Shown here in pieces: positions 32,997 through 41,339 of a DNA stretch of 64,000 bases (position 1 is the stretch's first letter; every line of letters starts with the position of its first letter). The DNA lies in assembly GCA_031426555.1 (NCBI GenBank), contig JANPLN010000015.1, positions 1 to 64,000 on the forward strand, read 5' to 3'. Both the position numbers and the translations under genes were made by a program. Under the pieces are notes generated by a model. It had not been told where the DNA came from. It saw nothing but the letters and a program-made list of their open reading frames with translations, and did not search any database. This stretch comes from Bdellovibrionales bacterium (GTDB lineage Bacteria; Bdellovibrionota; Bdellovibrionia; Bdellovibrionales; JAGQZY01).

Positions 32997-35600
32997 ATGA
33001 TTCATGAATTTACAACTTCTACAGGTCTTAAAGTCATTGGAGTCGAAAGCCACACATCGCCGGTCGTATCGGTGCAAATTTGGACTCGCAACGGCAGTGC
33101 TGACGAGCGCAAGGGCGACGAGGGCCTCAGCCATTTTATCGAACATCTTGTTTTTAAAGGAACCAAAAGCTTCAAAGCCGGAGAGATTGCAGCTCGAGTT
33201 GAAGCTTGCGGCGGAGAGATCAACGCGTACACATCCTTTGACCAAACGGTCTATTACATCACCATTTCTAAACATTTTTACAAAGAAGCCCTACAAATCA
33301 TTGCAGATATGGTTTCCACACCCACCTTTGATGCTGGCGAAGTGGACCGCGAGCGCGAAGTGGTGATCGAAGAGATCAAGCGCAGCCACGACAGCCTCGG
33401 TCGAAGAGCGAGTCGGAATCTGTTTGAGCAGTTTTATGCAGGCCATCCGTATTCAGTGCCGGTGATTGGCTACGAAAAAAACATTCAAGATGTCCCGGTA
33501 GAGAGACTTCGCTCGTTCTTTGCCGAACGTTATGTGGCTGACAACATGTTTCTTGTGGTGACAGGAGACTTTGATGCGGCGACGTTGCAGTCGGATGTAA
33601 AGCAAATGACCAGCGACGTGAGCAAAAATGCCACGCAAAAGCCCGCGCGAACGGCTCCTGCAAAAATCAGTTCCAAAAAAATCTTTGTCGAAGAATCCAA
33701 ATTTGAAGAGGCGGTATTTTACATTGCGTGGCCAGGTATTCAGATTCAACACAGTGATTTGGCAGCTCTGGAATGTATGGTGCTGATTCTGGGGCAGGGC
33801 GCCAGCTCTCGCCTCTATCGAAAATTGCGGATGCAGCAAAATTTAGTGAATTCCATTGGTGCAGGCCTGTGGGCGCCGTCACAGGCCGACGGCTTTATCT
33901 CCATTTCTGGAAGTCTCAACCCCAAACATTTGGAGCTCGCGTTTTCGGAGATTCAAAGCTGTCTCAACGAGTTTCTTGAAAAAGGCGCTCTGCAAGAAGA
34001 GCTCGACAAAGCGAAGATCAACTTTCTCTCCGAAGAGGCCTACACCATGGAAACCGTGGGTGGCTTGGCCAGAAAGTATGGCGGAAATTTCGAAGCCGTG
34101 GAGGATTTGCAGTTTCACGAAAAATTCCATAAATCATTAGCCAGCGTCACGAAAGAAGATGTGCTCAACGTGGCGAGAAAATACCTCAATCCAAAAGTGA
34201 TGCTCATGACGGCCATGGTGCCTGCGGACAAAGAAAAAGTCGAAAAGCTTTTCACCGCGTGGACGTTTATCTGTCCGCAAACGCCAGTGGCTAACAATGG
34301 AAGCAGCCAAAACCAAAAACGAGCGGCGCCGCGTGCGACCGGGGCTGTTTCGAAAGTGGAATCGCACACCCTTCCCAACGGTCTGCGGTTGTTTTCGCGG
34401 AAGTCTCTCGAATCACCCATCTACAATCTGCGCCTTGCGTTTTTAGGTGGTGCGCAGGTGGTTCCTGAAAATATGGCTGGCCTGGCGGAGCTTGCCGGGC
34501 GCATTTGGAGTTCACAAACAAAAAAACATACGGAGCAAAAGCTTCGTGAACTCACGGATGGTATGGCCAGCAGTTTATATTCCTACTCTGGCAGAAACAC
34601 TCTTGGACTCGTCGTCGACGGCCTTTCGGAGTTTGAATCAACTTTGACATCACTTTTCGAAGACGTTTTAGTGGGTTTTGATATTCAAGCTTCTATTTTA
34701 GAGCGCGAAAAAATATCAATTTTAGAATCGTTGCGTTCACGCAAGGATTCTCCTGCAACCATCGCCGTGCAATGGTTTCAAAAAATGATTTTTCAAGGCC
34801 ACCCCTATGCCATCGATCCTCTCGGGACCGAAGAAACTCTCGCACGGATCACGGCCAAAGACGTGGAACAATATCTCAAACAAATCATCCATCCCTCAGG
34901 GGCGGTGACATCGGTTTCTGGTGATTTTGATTTGCAGGCCTGGAAGCAGGTGCTTGCAAAACTACAAAACAATGATCAAAAAGCAGCGGCAAAAATTCAT
35001 AGCGCTCGCTCCTTGAGCGAAAATATTTACCACTATGAAAAACTCGACAAAGAACAATCGCACATTATCTGCGGCGTACAGGGCCTCACTCTGGATTCTC
35101 CAGATCGTTACACGTTACAGGTTTTAGAAGCGGTGCTTTCCGGTCAGGGCGGACGGTTGTTTATCGAATTGCGCGACAAAGCGTCGCTCGCCTACAGCGT
35201 TTCGCCAATGAAGATGGAAGGTTTGGGGGCGGGCTACTTTGCAACGTACATCGGCTGCTCTCCTGGAAAGGTGGACACAGCCATTGCGATGATGCAGGAC
35301 GAGTTACAAAAAATGGTCAACACCGCCATCTCCGAAGAAGAATTACAACGAGCACAAAATTATCTGATCGGTGGTCACGACATTGGGTTGCAAAAAAATT
35401 CGTCGGTGGCGTCGTCCATCGCGTTCAATGAAATCTATGGGCTCTCCTACGAAGAAATTTACAATTACGAATCCCAAGTGCGCGAAGTCGACAGTCACGA
35501 CGTGCAGATGTTAGCCAAAAAGCTGTTTTCGCAGCCATTTGCGCTCTCGGTTGTGGGCCCTTCCGAGCCAGGGTCTCGACCTAAGAAGAGTTTTACATAA
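32997..35600 (+). CDS. M16 family zinc protease (four-domain)
   Basis: HFIEH inverted zinc motif, NAYTS, two repeated halves; start reassigned to ATG 32997. Confidence 0.93.
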   Translation: MIHEFTTSTGLKVIGVESHTSPVVSVQIWTRNGSADERKGDEGLSHFIEHLVFKGTKSFKAGEIAARVEACGGEINAYTSFDQTVYYITISKHFYKEALQIIADMVSTPTFDAGEVDREREVVIEEIKRSHDSLGRRASRNLFEQFYAGHPYSVPVIGYEKNIQDVPVERLRSFFAERYVADNMFLVVTGDFDAATLQSDVKQMTSDVSKNATQKPARTAPAKISSKKIFVEESKFEEAVFYIAWPGIQIQHSDLAALECMVLILGQGASSRLYRKLRMQQNLVNSIGAGLWAPSQADGFISISGSLNPKHLELAFSEIQSCLNEFLEKGALQEELDKAKINFLSEEAYTMETVGGLARKYGGNFEAVEDLQFHEKFHKSLASVTKEDVLNVARKYLNPKVMLMTAMVPADKEKVEKLFTAWTFICPQTPVANNGSSQNQKRAAPRATGAVSKVESHTLPNGLRLFSRKSLESPIYNLRLAFLGGAQVVPENMAGLAELAGRIWSSQTKKHTEQKLRELTDGMASSLYSYSGRNTLGLVVDGLSEFESTLTSLFEDVLVGFDIQASILEREKISILESLRSRKDSPATIAVQWFQKMIFQGHPYAIDPLGTEETLARITAKDVEQYLKQIIHPSGAVTSVSGDFDLQAWKQVLAKLQNNDQKAAAKIHSARSLSENIYHYEKLDKEQSHIICGVQGLTLDSPDRYTLQVLEAVLSGQGGRLFIELRDKASLAYSVSPMKMEGLGAGYFATYIGCSPGKVDTAIAMMQDELQKMVNTAISEEELQRAQNYLIGGHDIGLQKNSSVASSIAFNEIYGLSYEEIYNYESQVREVDSHDVQMLAKKLFSQPFALSVVGPSEPGSRPKKSFT

Positions 35601-35683
35601 AATCGTCTTATAGTGAGACAAAATTGCGATTATAGATGCGAAATCTTTTTTTAGAATCACTGGTTTGGTGTTAAAATAAAAGA

Positions 35684-36295
35684 GTGAAGCCCATTATTTG
35701 CATTGGCGAAGACTCAAAAACCTTTTTCAGGCAGTCTCTGAAAGAGGCACTTCTTGATAGAAAAATCGAAACTTACCCGCATGTCGAAGCTTATTTGGTG
35801 GATTTACTAAACCATTATCTTTTTGCGACTAATTTATATAACGAGCAAGAGGCTTCGGGAAAACGCACCCGCGAAACTCTTGCAGAGATGATGTTACGCG
35901 CCTCAAATGCTCCACAAAAACAACGCTACGAACTTTTAAAGAAACTCGGCGACAGCGCACTTTATATGAGTGGTTTTTTTGCCGACTCCTTTCAACGCAA
36001 AGTGGTCGATGTGGACTACTACATCGATATGGGCGCAACAGCCTATTCTTCGCTCTCTCGCGGAATGTACGAAGACACCTATGCGCGCATGTATATGGAG
36101 ATTGCGCAGAAATTTAGTTTGTTCGTGGATGTTTTTATGGTGATGAGTCGAAAAACCATCGGTTCCGACCCCGATAATATTTTGCGTTTGATGGAGTTAC
36201 AGGCCAAAACCGGCTCAACTCTCGCGCAAGACATCTTGGTGGAAAAAGGTATTTACCAAAACGGCCAAAGCCTCAAAAACTGCAAGAACCAATGA
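35684..36295 (+). CDS. Hypothetical protein (helical)
   Basis: 203-aa ORF with conserved-looking LGD.ALY.SGFF.D....K.VDVDYY..MG..AY block; function unknown. Confidence 0.8.
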   Translation: MKPIICIGEDSKTFFRQSLKEALLDRKIETYPHVEAYLVDLLNHYLFATNLYNEQEASGKRTRETLAEMMLRASNAPQKQRYELLKKLGDSALYMSGFFADSFQRKVVDVDYYIDMGATAYSSLSRGMYEDTYARMYMEIAQKFSLFVDVFMVMSRKTIGSDPDNILRLMELQAKTGSTLAQDILVEKGIYQNGQSLKNCKNQ

Positions 36296-36339
36296 AAAAA
36301 GGTGACAGCAAATAGGCCAGCCGCTAATCTAACGTAACT

Positions 36340-36702
36340 GTGTTTAATCTTGGATTTTCCGAAATTCTTATCGTTGGTGTTTTAGCTCTTTTACTGATTG
36401 GGCCCAAACAACTTCCCGAGGTTGCCAAAGTGTTGGGCCGCATGATTAACGAATTTAAAAAAGCCACAACCGACCTTTCGGGCGGCCTTTTAGAGATGAA
36501 AGAAGAGCTTAAAAAACCCGTGCAAGAGGGCCTTGGCGCCATCGCCGAGATCCAAGACGCTGTTTACGACTCTCAAGAACATATTCGCTCACAGCTTTTA
36601 GAGGATGAACACTCTGTGACTGTGGACCTCGAAGCAGAACTTAAAAAACATCAAGAGCAACTTTTGGTAGACGAACATGACGACAAAAAATCAAGTACGT
36701 GA
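36340..36702 (+). CDS. tatB: Twin-arginine translocase subunit TatB
   Basis: MFNLGFSE...GPKQLP..A..LG; Glu8; directly upstream of tatC. Confidence 0.88.
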   Translation: MFNLGFSEILIVGVLALLLIGPKQLPEVAKVLGRMINEFKKATTDLSGGLLEMKEELKKPVQEGLGAIAEIQDAVYDSQEHIRSQLLEDEHSVTVDLEAELKKHQEQLLVDEHDDKKSST

Positions 36703-37447
36703 ACCTGAGTCCTCAGAAAAAGATGCGTTTACACTCGTAGAGCATTTGTCCGAGCTACGAACTCGTATCGTCTACTCTCTTTATGCCATTGTTCTTTTTA
36801 CCTGTGCAGCATGGTATTTTAGCGAGCAGATCTTCGACTTCGTCCGTGAGCCCATTGCCAAGCTTTTACCTCCCGGCGAGGGACTCTATTTTAATGCGCC
36901 TACCGAAAAATTTATGGCGCACATCAAAGTGTCTGTCATTGCTGGCTTGGTAGCGGCTTGCCCAGTATGGATTTACCATGTTTGGAAATTCATAGAGCCG
37001 GGTTTGTATTTGAAAGAAAAAAAATTCGGTAGATACTTTATTTTTTTCGGCACGTTTCTTTTTTTAATAGGCGTTAGCTTTGCTTACTTTCTGGTTTTGC
37101 CAGCGGGCCTAAAAGTTCTGATGGAGTTTGGCGGAACCACCGACAAAGCGCTGATCACCATCGACTACTATGTGTCCTTTTTCTTAATGACGGTTTTGGT
37201 TTTTGGTGCCGCCTTCGAAATGCCGCTGATCATTGTACTTTTGGGAATGGTGGGGATTGTTTCCAGTCGTGGTTTGGCAAGGATGCGTCGCTACGCAATT
37301 GTTGCCATCGCTGCGGCTTCGGCGGTATTCACGCCGCCCGACGCAATCAGCATGATGCTTTTGGCGGTGCCCATGATTTTACTTTACGAATTGTCTATTC
37401 TCATTTTAAGAATGATCGAACCAAAAGAAAACAAACTCACATGGTAG
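36677..37447 (+). CDS. tatC: Twin-arginine translocase subunit TatC
   Basis: HLSELR.R, FIEPGLY..E, FEMP, TPPD, LYE. Confidence 0.97.
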   Translation: MTTKNQVREPESSEKDAFTLVEHLSELRTRIVYSLYAIVLFTCAAWYFSEQIFDFVREPIAKLLPPGEGLYFNAPTEKFMAHIKVSVIAGLVAACPVWIYHVWKFIEPGLYLKEKKFGRYFIFFGTFLFLIGVSFAYFLVLPAGLKVLMEFGGTTDKALITIDYYVSFFLMTVLVFGAAFEMPLIIVLLGMVGIVSSRGLARMRRYAIVAIAAASAVFTPPDAISMMLLAVPMILLYELSILILRMIEPKENKLTW

Positions 37448-38901
37448 AAACGGTTTCAACTCACATCGATTTCTCAAATGAAGAGATCGATTTTTCCGCC
37501 GCAACTCATACGGCGGTGGTGAGTGACCTTCACCTTTGCGAGTCGGAGCCCTTAAATCACAAGCATCCTCTTTGGAAAAAATTTAAGTCGAAAGAATTTT
37601 TTTTTGATGCGGAGTTTTTTTCCTTTCTTAAGTACATTCACGGCGAAGCTCAAGGCAAATCGGTGGAGCTGATTCTGAATGGTGATATTTTTGATTTTGA
37701 TAGCGTGACCTCATTCCCCAAAGAGCCTGGCTACCACGTCTCCTGGCTCGAGTCGCGCCGGGGATTAGACACCGAAAAAGAAAAATCTATTTATAAAATC
37801 GAAGTGATTCTCAGGGACCACCCTATTTGGGTGGAAGCGCTGACGTGGTTTGTGGGCGAAGGCCATCGTGTCGTGTTTGTTATTGGCAACCATGATTTGG
37901 AACTCAACTGGCTCGAGGTGCAAAAAAAAATTCTCGAACTTTTAAAATTAGACATCGAGCAACGGCGCCACGTGCGTTTTGTGGAATGGTTTTACATCAG
38001 CAACAAAGACACACTGATTGAGCACGGACACCAGCACGATCCTTTCTGCTGCGTGCAAGATCCCATCAATCCGGTGGTGGTCGACTACAATCGACTGCTG
38101 GTGCGCTTGCCCTTTGGCGATCTTGCCTGCCGCTACTTGAGTAACGGAATGGGTTTCTTTAATCCCCACGTGGATGCCAACTATTTGCTTTCGGCCTGGG
38201 GTTTTACCAAGGCCTACTTTAAATATATGCTGCGCGCACAACCGCTGCTTATTTGGACCGGGTTCTGGTCCACAGTGATGATATTTGTTCAAACTTTGCG
38301 CCATCGCTCTCTGCGCGCCCTGCAAAACCCTTTAACCATCGAAGATCGGGTGGATGAAATTGCTAAAAAAGCCAACGCCACCCCGCGCATGGTGCGCGAA
38401 CTTCAACCACTCTTTGCTCAGCCTATTTCGGACAGTCCGTTAAAAATTTTAAAGGAACTATGGCTGGATCGAACGTTTATCTTCTTGTTTGGATTCTTTC
38501 TGTTGATCTATGCATTTTTATTAATAGATAAGATCTATCAGATCTCTTTCTATTGGATGCTAGTGCCCGTAGGCATCCTGTTTCCCCCGTATTTTCTCTA
38601 CAGCCGCAATGTGCAGTCCTATATATCGCTTTATAAGAAGCCCGATGAGGAAGTTTTATCGCTTTCGGGCATGATCACCTCCACCAAAAGAATCATCTAC
38701 GGACACACCCATATCGTGCGCCACGAAATCATTGGAGCCATTGAGCATTTAAATCCCGGCACCTGGTCGCCGGCTTTTTTGGACGTGGAATGTACAAAGT
38801 TTCAGGGGCAGAAGGCCTTTGTGTGGATCACTAACCAAGCCGACGGTTTGCGGAGCGCCAGGCTCATGCAGGTGGACGGCGACAAAATTATTGAGATTTA
38901 G
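37441..38901 (+). CDS. Calcineurin-like metallophosphoesterase with internal TM segments
   Basis: SDLH, NGD..D, GNHD, EHGH, GHTH motifs; hydrophobic segments inserted before the last motif. Confidence 0.88.
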   Translation: MVETVSTHIDFSNEEIDFSAATHTAVVSDLHLCESEPLNHKHPLWKKFKSKEFFFDAEFFSFLKYIHGEAQGKSVELILNGDIFDFDSVTSFPKEPGYHVSWLESRRGLDTEKEKSIYKIEVILRDHPIWVEALTWFVGEGHRVVFVIGNHDLELNWLEVQKKILELLKLDIEQRRHVRFVEWFYISNKDTLIEHGHQHDPFCCVQDPINPVVVDYNRLLVRLPFGDLACRYLSNGMGFFNPHVDANYLLSAWGFTKAYFKYMLRAQPLLIWTGFWSTVMIFVQTLRHRSLRALQNPLTIEDRVDEIAKKANATPRMVRELQPLFAQPISDSPLKILKELWLDRTFIFLFGFFLLIYAFLLIDKIYQISFYWMLVPVGILFPPYFLYSRNVQSYISLYKKPDEEVLSLSGMITSTKRIIYGHTHIVRHEIIGAIEHLNPGTWSPAFLDVECTKFQGQKAFVWITNQADGLRSARLMQVDGDKIIEI

Positions 38902-39020
38902 GCCGCAAGGCGGCGAACCCCAGCGGGCTCCTGGTAACTTTCGATAAGTATCTATAATCACTTGTTAAAATTGTTTTTAAATCTGGCTAAAAACACTCTG
39001 AAGCATCGCTTTTATTTCTT

Positions 39021-39049
39021 TTGAACTCTCTGGGCCCCTAATATAGATT
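39021..39049 (+). promoter_or_regulatory. Putative sigma70 promoter of the histone gene
   Basis: TTGAAC-N17-TAGATT; AGGAGG SD at 39073-39078. Confidence 0.5.
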
Positions 39050-39083
39050 CTAGGAAGCAATTTAAGCACTTTAGGAGGTCTTC

Positions 39084-39278
39084 ATGGCAGACGTTCTTGT
39101 CGTCACGAGCAAAGTAAAGAAACACATTAAAGATAAATATGGCTTTAACACTTCCGCTGAAACCATCGACATACTCAGTAAAGCCGTAGAAGCATTATGT
39201 GAAAAAGGTTCAGAGTCTGCGAAGGCTGATGGACGCAAAACGGTTATGGCGAGAGATATCGTTATCGATCATCTGTAA
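39084..39278 (+). CDS. Bacterial histone-fold protein (Bd0055/HBb-type)
   Basis: 64 aa; LVVTSKVKK alpha1, long alpha2, GRKTVMARD (R-x-T-x4-D) histone clamp; closely resembles B. bacteriovorus Bd0055 as I recall it; strong SD. Confidence 0.93.
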   Translation: MADVLVVTSKVKKHIKDKYGFNTSAETIDILSKAVEALCEKGSESAKADGRKTVMARDIVIDHL

Positions 39279-39301
39279 TCAGTTCTAAATTTAGACATAC
39301 T

Positions 39302-39336
39302 AATAGGTCTGCCTTGTTAAGCAGGCCTATTTTTTT
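39302..39336 (+). terminator. Intrinsic terminator after the histone gene
   Basis: AATAGGTCTGC-loop-GCAGGCCTATT stem (one G-T pair) followed by T-run. Confidence 0.8.
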
Positions 39337-39390
39337 GCCTTTGAAGTAGGCGGTTTTATTGACAAAACTTTTGCGCTGTGGCACTTCTTT

Positions 39391-39406
39391 ACCTCCTTCA
39401 GGAGGT
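39391..39406 (+). promoter_or_regulatory. SD-sequestering hairpin in the rplU leader
   Basis: ACCTCC-ttca-GGAGGT; the 3' arm is the SD, 3 nt before ATG 39410. Confidence 0.65.
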
Positions 39407-39409
39407 CCT

Positions 39410-39943
39410 ATGTACGCAGTCATCCGCACCGGCGGTAAACAATATAAAGTCAAAGCGGGAGACGTTGTTCGCGTCGAGAAGCTCGAAAAAAATCTTGGTG
39501 ATGAATTTGATATGAACGAAGTTCTGATAGTTTCCGGCGAAACCACCCAGTTCGGTTCGCCACTTGTGAAGGACGCCAAAGTTACTGTGGTCGTTACTCA
39601 GCAAAGTAAAAATCCAAAAATTATTATTTTCAAACGCCGTCGTCGTCAGGGTTACCGACGTCTTACAGGCCACAGACAGCCGTACACAGAGTTGTTTGTA
39701 AAATCCATCGTTGGACCCACTGGTGAAAAAGTTGTGACAGAAATGTCAGCTCCAGTAAAAGATCCAGCAAAAAAAGCGGCTAAAATGGCGGCGGCAAACT
39801 CTGGTGATAAAAAAGCGGTAAAAGCTAAAAAAGCAGCGGCAGCTCCTAAAAAGAAAGCAACGGCTTCTAAAGCGAAAAAAACCACAACTAAAAAGAAAAC
39901 TACGGGCGCGACGAAAAAGAAAGTCGCAAAGAAAACTAAATAA
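39410..39943 (+). CDS. rplU: 50S ribosomal protein L21 with long Lys/Ala/Thr-rich C-terminal extension
   Basis: MYAVIRTGGKQYKV, FKRRRR, GHRQPYT; about 70 extra residues. Confidence 0.97.
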   Translation: MYAVIRTGGKQYKVKAGDVVRVEKLEKNLGDEFDMNEVLIVSGETTQFGSPLVKDAKVTVVVTQQSKNPKIIIFKRRRRQGYRRLTGHRQPYTELFVKSIVGPTGEKVVTEMSAPVKDPAKKAAKMAAANSGDKKAVKAKKAAAAPKKKATASKAKKTTTKKKTTGATKKKVAKKTK

Positions 39944-39962
39944 TCAATAACAGAGGTGAAGT

Positions 39963-40229
39963 ATGGCATCGAAGAAAGCCGCGGGTAGTACAAAGAACGG
40001 CCGCGACAGTCAAAGTAAGAGACTAGGTGTTAAAAGATTTGGTGGCGAAACTGTAACTCCGGGAACTATTATAGTTCGCCAGCGTGGCACAGAATTTTAC
40101 GTAGGGAATAACGTTCGCATTGGACGTGACCATACAATTTATTCTGTAATTTTAGGCCAAGTTAAGTTTGAGCGCATCACAAAACAAAAATTTAAAGTGA
40201 GCGTTTATTCCGAAGCTAAATCGGCGTAA
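39963..40229 (+). CDS. rpmA: 50S ribosomal protein L27
   Basis: [25 protein letters not shown]. Confidence 0.99.
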   Translation: MASKKAAGSTKNGRDSQSKRLGVKRFGGETVTPGTIIVRQRGTEFYVGNNVRIGRDHTIYSVILGQVKFERITKQKFKVSVYSEAKSA

Positions 40230-40292
40230 TCTGAGTTTGAATGTTGCGAGAGGATCTCTCTCGCACAATCTTATCGCTCGTAGCGAGTCCCC

Positions 40293-41339
40293 ATGAAGTT
40301 CGTAGATCAAATTAGAATTCAATTGCAATCAGGTAAAGGCGGAGCTGGCAAAGTCAGTTTTCGCCGTGAAGCCCTTGTTCCTCGCGGTGGACCCGACGGT
40401 GGAGATGGCGGTCGCGGTGGACACGTTGTTTTTCGTGCGACACTCAATGTAAGTAGCTTGTACTCCTATACGGGAAAGCGAAAGCTTCAAGCCGAAGACG
40501 GGCATCCCGGCGATTTCCAAAAAATGAGCGGACCCGATGGTAAAGATCTTATCGTCGAAGTTCCTGTTGGAACCGTGGTCAAAGATCTCGAAGGACAAAT
40601 TCTCCTGGATATAGAGAAAGCCGGAGATTATCAGTTTTTAACTGGGGGTCGCGGCGGAAAAGGAAACACCTTTTTTAAAACCAGCGTTAACCAAGCTCCT
40701 ACCTATGCACAGCCCGGCGAACCGGCACAGCTTGTCGATGTGATGATCGAGATTAAAACCATCGCCGACGTGGGAATTATCGGCTTTCCAAACGCAGGAA
40801 AATCAACGCTGGTCTCTTCTGTGACGGCAGCCAAGCCTGTAATCGCCGACTATCCGTTTACAACTCTCAACCCACAACTTGGGGTTGTCTCTATTGTATC
40901 CATTTCTGATGATAAAAACTTTATTATCGCCGATATTCCAGGTCTTATTAAAGGCGCCCACCTCGGTCAGGGGTTGGGACATAAGTTTTTAAAGCATATC
41001 GAAAGAACAAAATGTTTTGTTCACCTATTAGATGTGAGTGACTTCTCTGACCGCGATGTGTGGCAGGATTTTTGTGATATCAATGAGGAACTCAAGGCTT
41101 ACGACAACCTGAATCAGGAGCAAGAGGGCTATCGTGCTCTTTCGACACGTCCACAAGTGGTTGTCTTTAATAAGATAGACTCCACAACGCCGGATCGTCT
41201 TGAATATTTAGAGGCTCAATTTGGAAAAAAAGGCGAAAAACAAATAATAAAGGTTTCTGCAGCAACGAGAACGAATCTACCTCAGCTTGTGAATAAATTA
41301 TCAGAGATCGTCTTTGTAAAGGACTCAAACAATGCGTAA
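40293..41339 (+). CDS. obgE: GTPase Obg/CgtA
   Basis: Gly-rich Obg fold, GFPNAGKST, DYPFTT, DIPG, NKID. Confidence 0.98.
   Translation: MKFVDQIRIQLQSGKGGAGKVSFRREALVPRGGPDGGDGGRGGHVVFRATLNVSSLYSYTGKRKLQAEDGHPGDFQKMSGPDGKDLIVEVPVGTVVKDLEGQILLDIEKAGDYQFLTGGRGGKGNTFFKTSVNQAPTYAQPGEPAQLVDVMIEIKTIADVGIIGFPNAGKSTLVSSVTAAKPVIADYPFTTLNPQLGVVSIVSISDDKNFIIADIPGLIKGAHLGQGLGHKFLKHIERTKCFVHLLDVSDFSDRDVWQDFCDINEELKAYDNLNQEQEGYRALSTRPQVVVFNKIDSTTPDRLEYLEAQFGKKGEKQIIKVSAATRTNLPQLVNKLSEIVFVKDSNNA

Noticed and set aside
32979..33275. Long N-terminal extension of the hemW ORF (and 32898-32996 of the M16 ORF)
   Set aside because: The extensions overlap the opposite gene and lack family similarity; family motifs begin at ATG 32978 and ATG 32997
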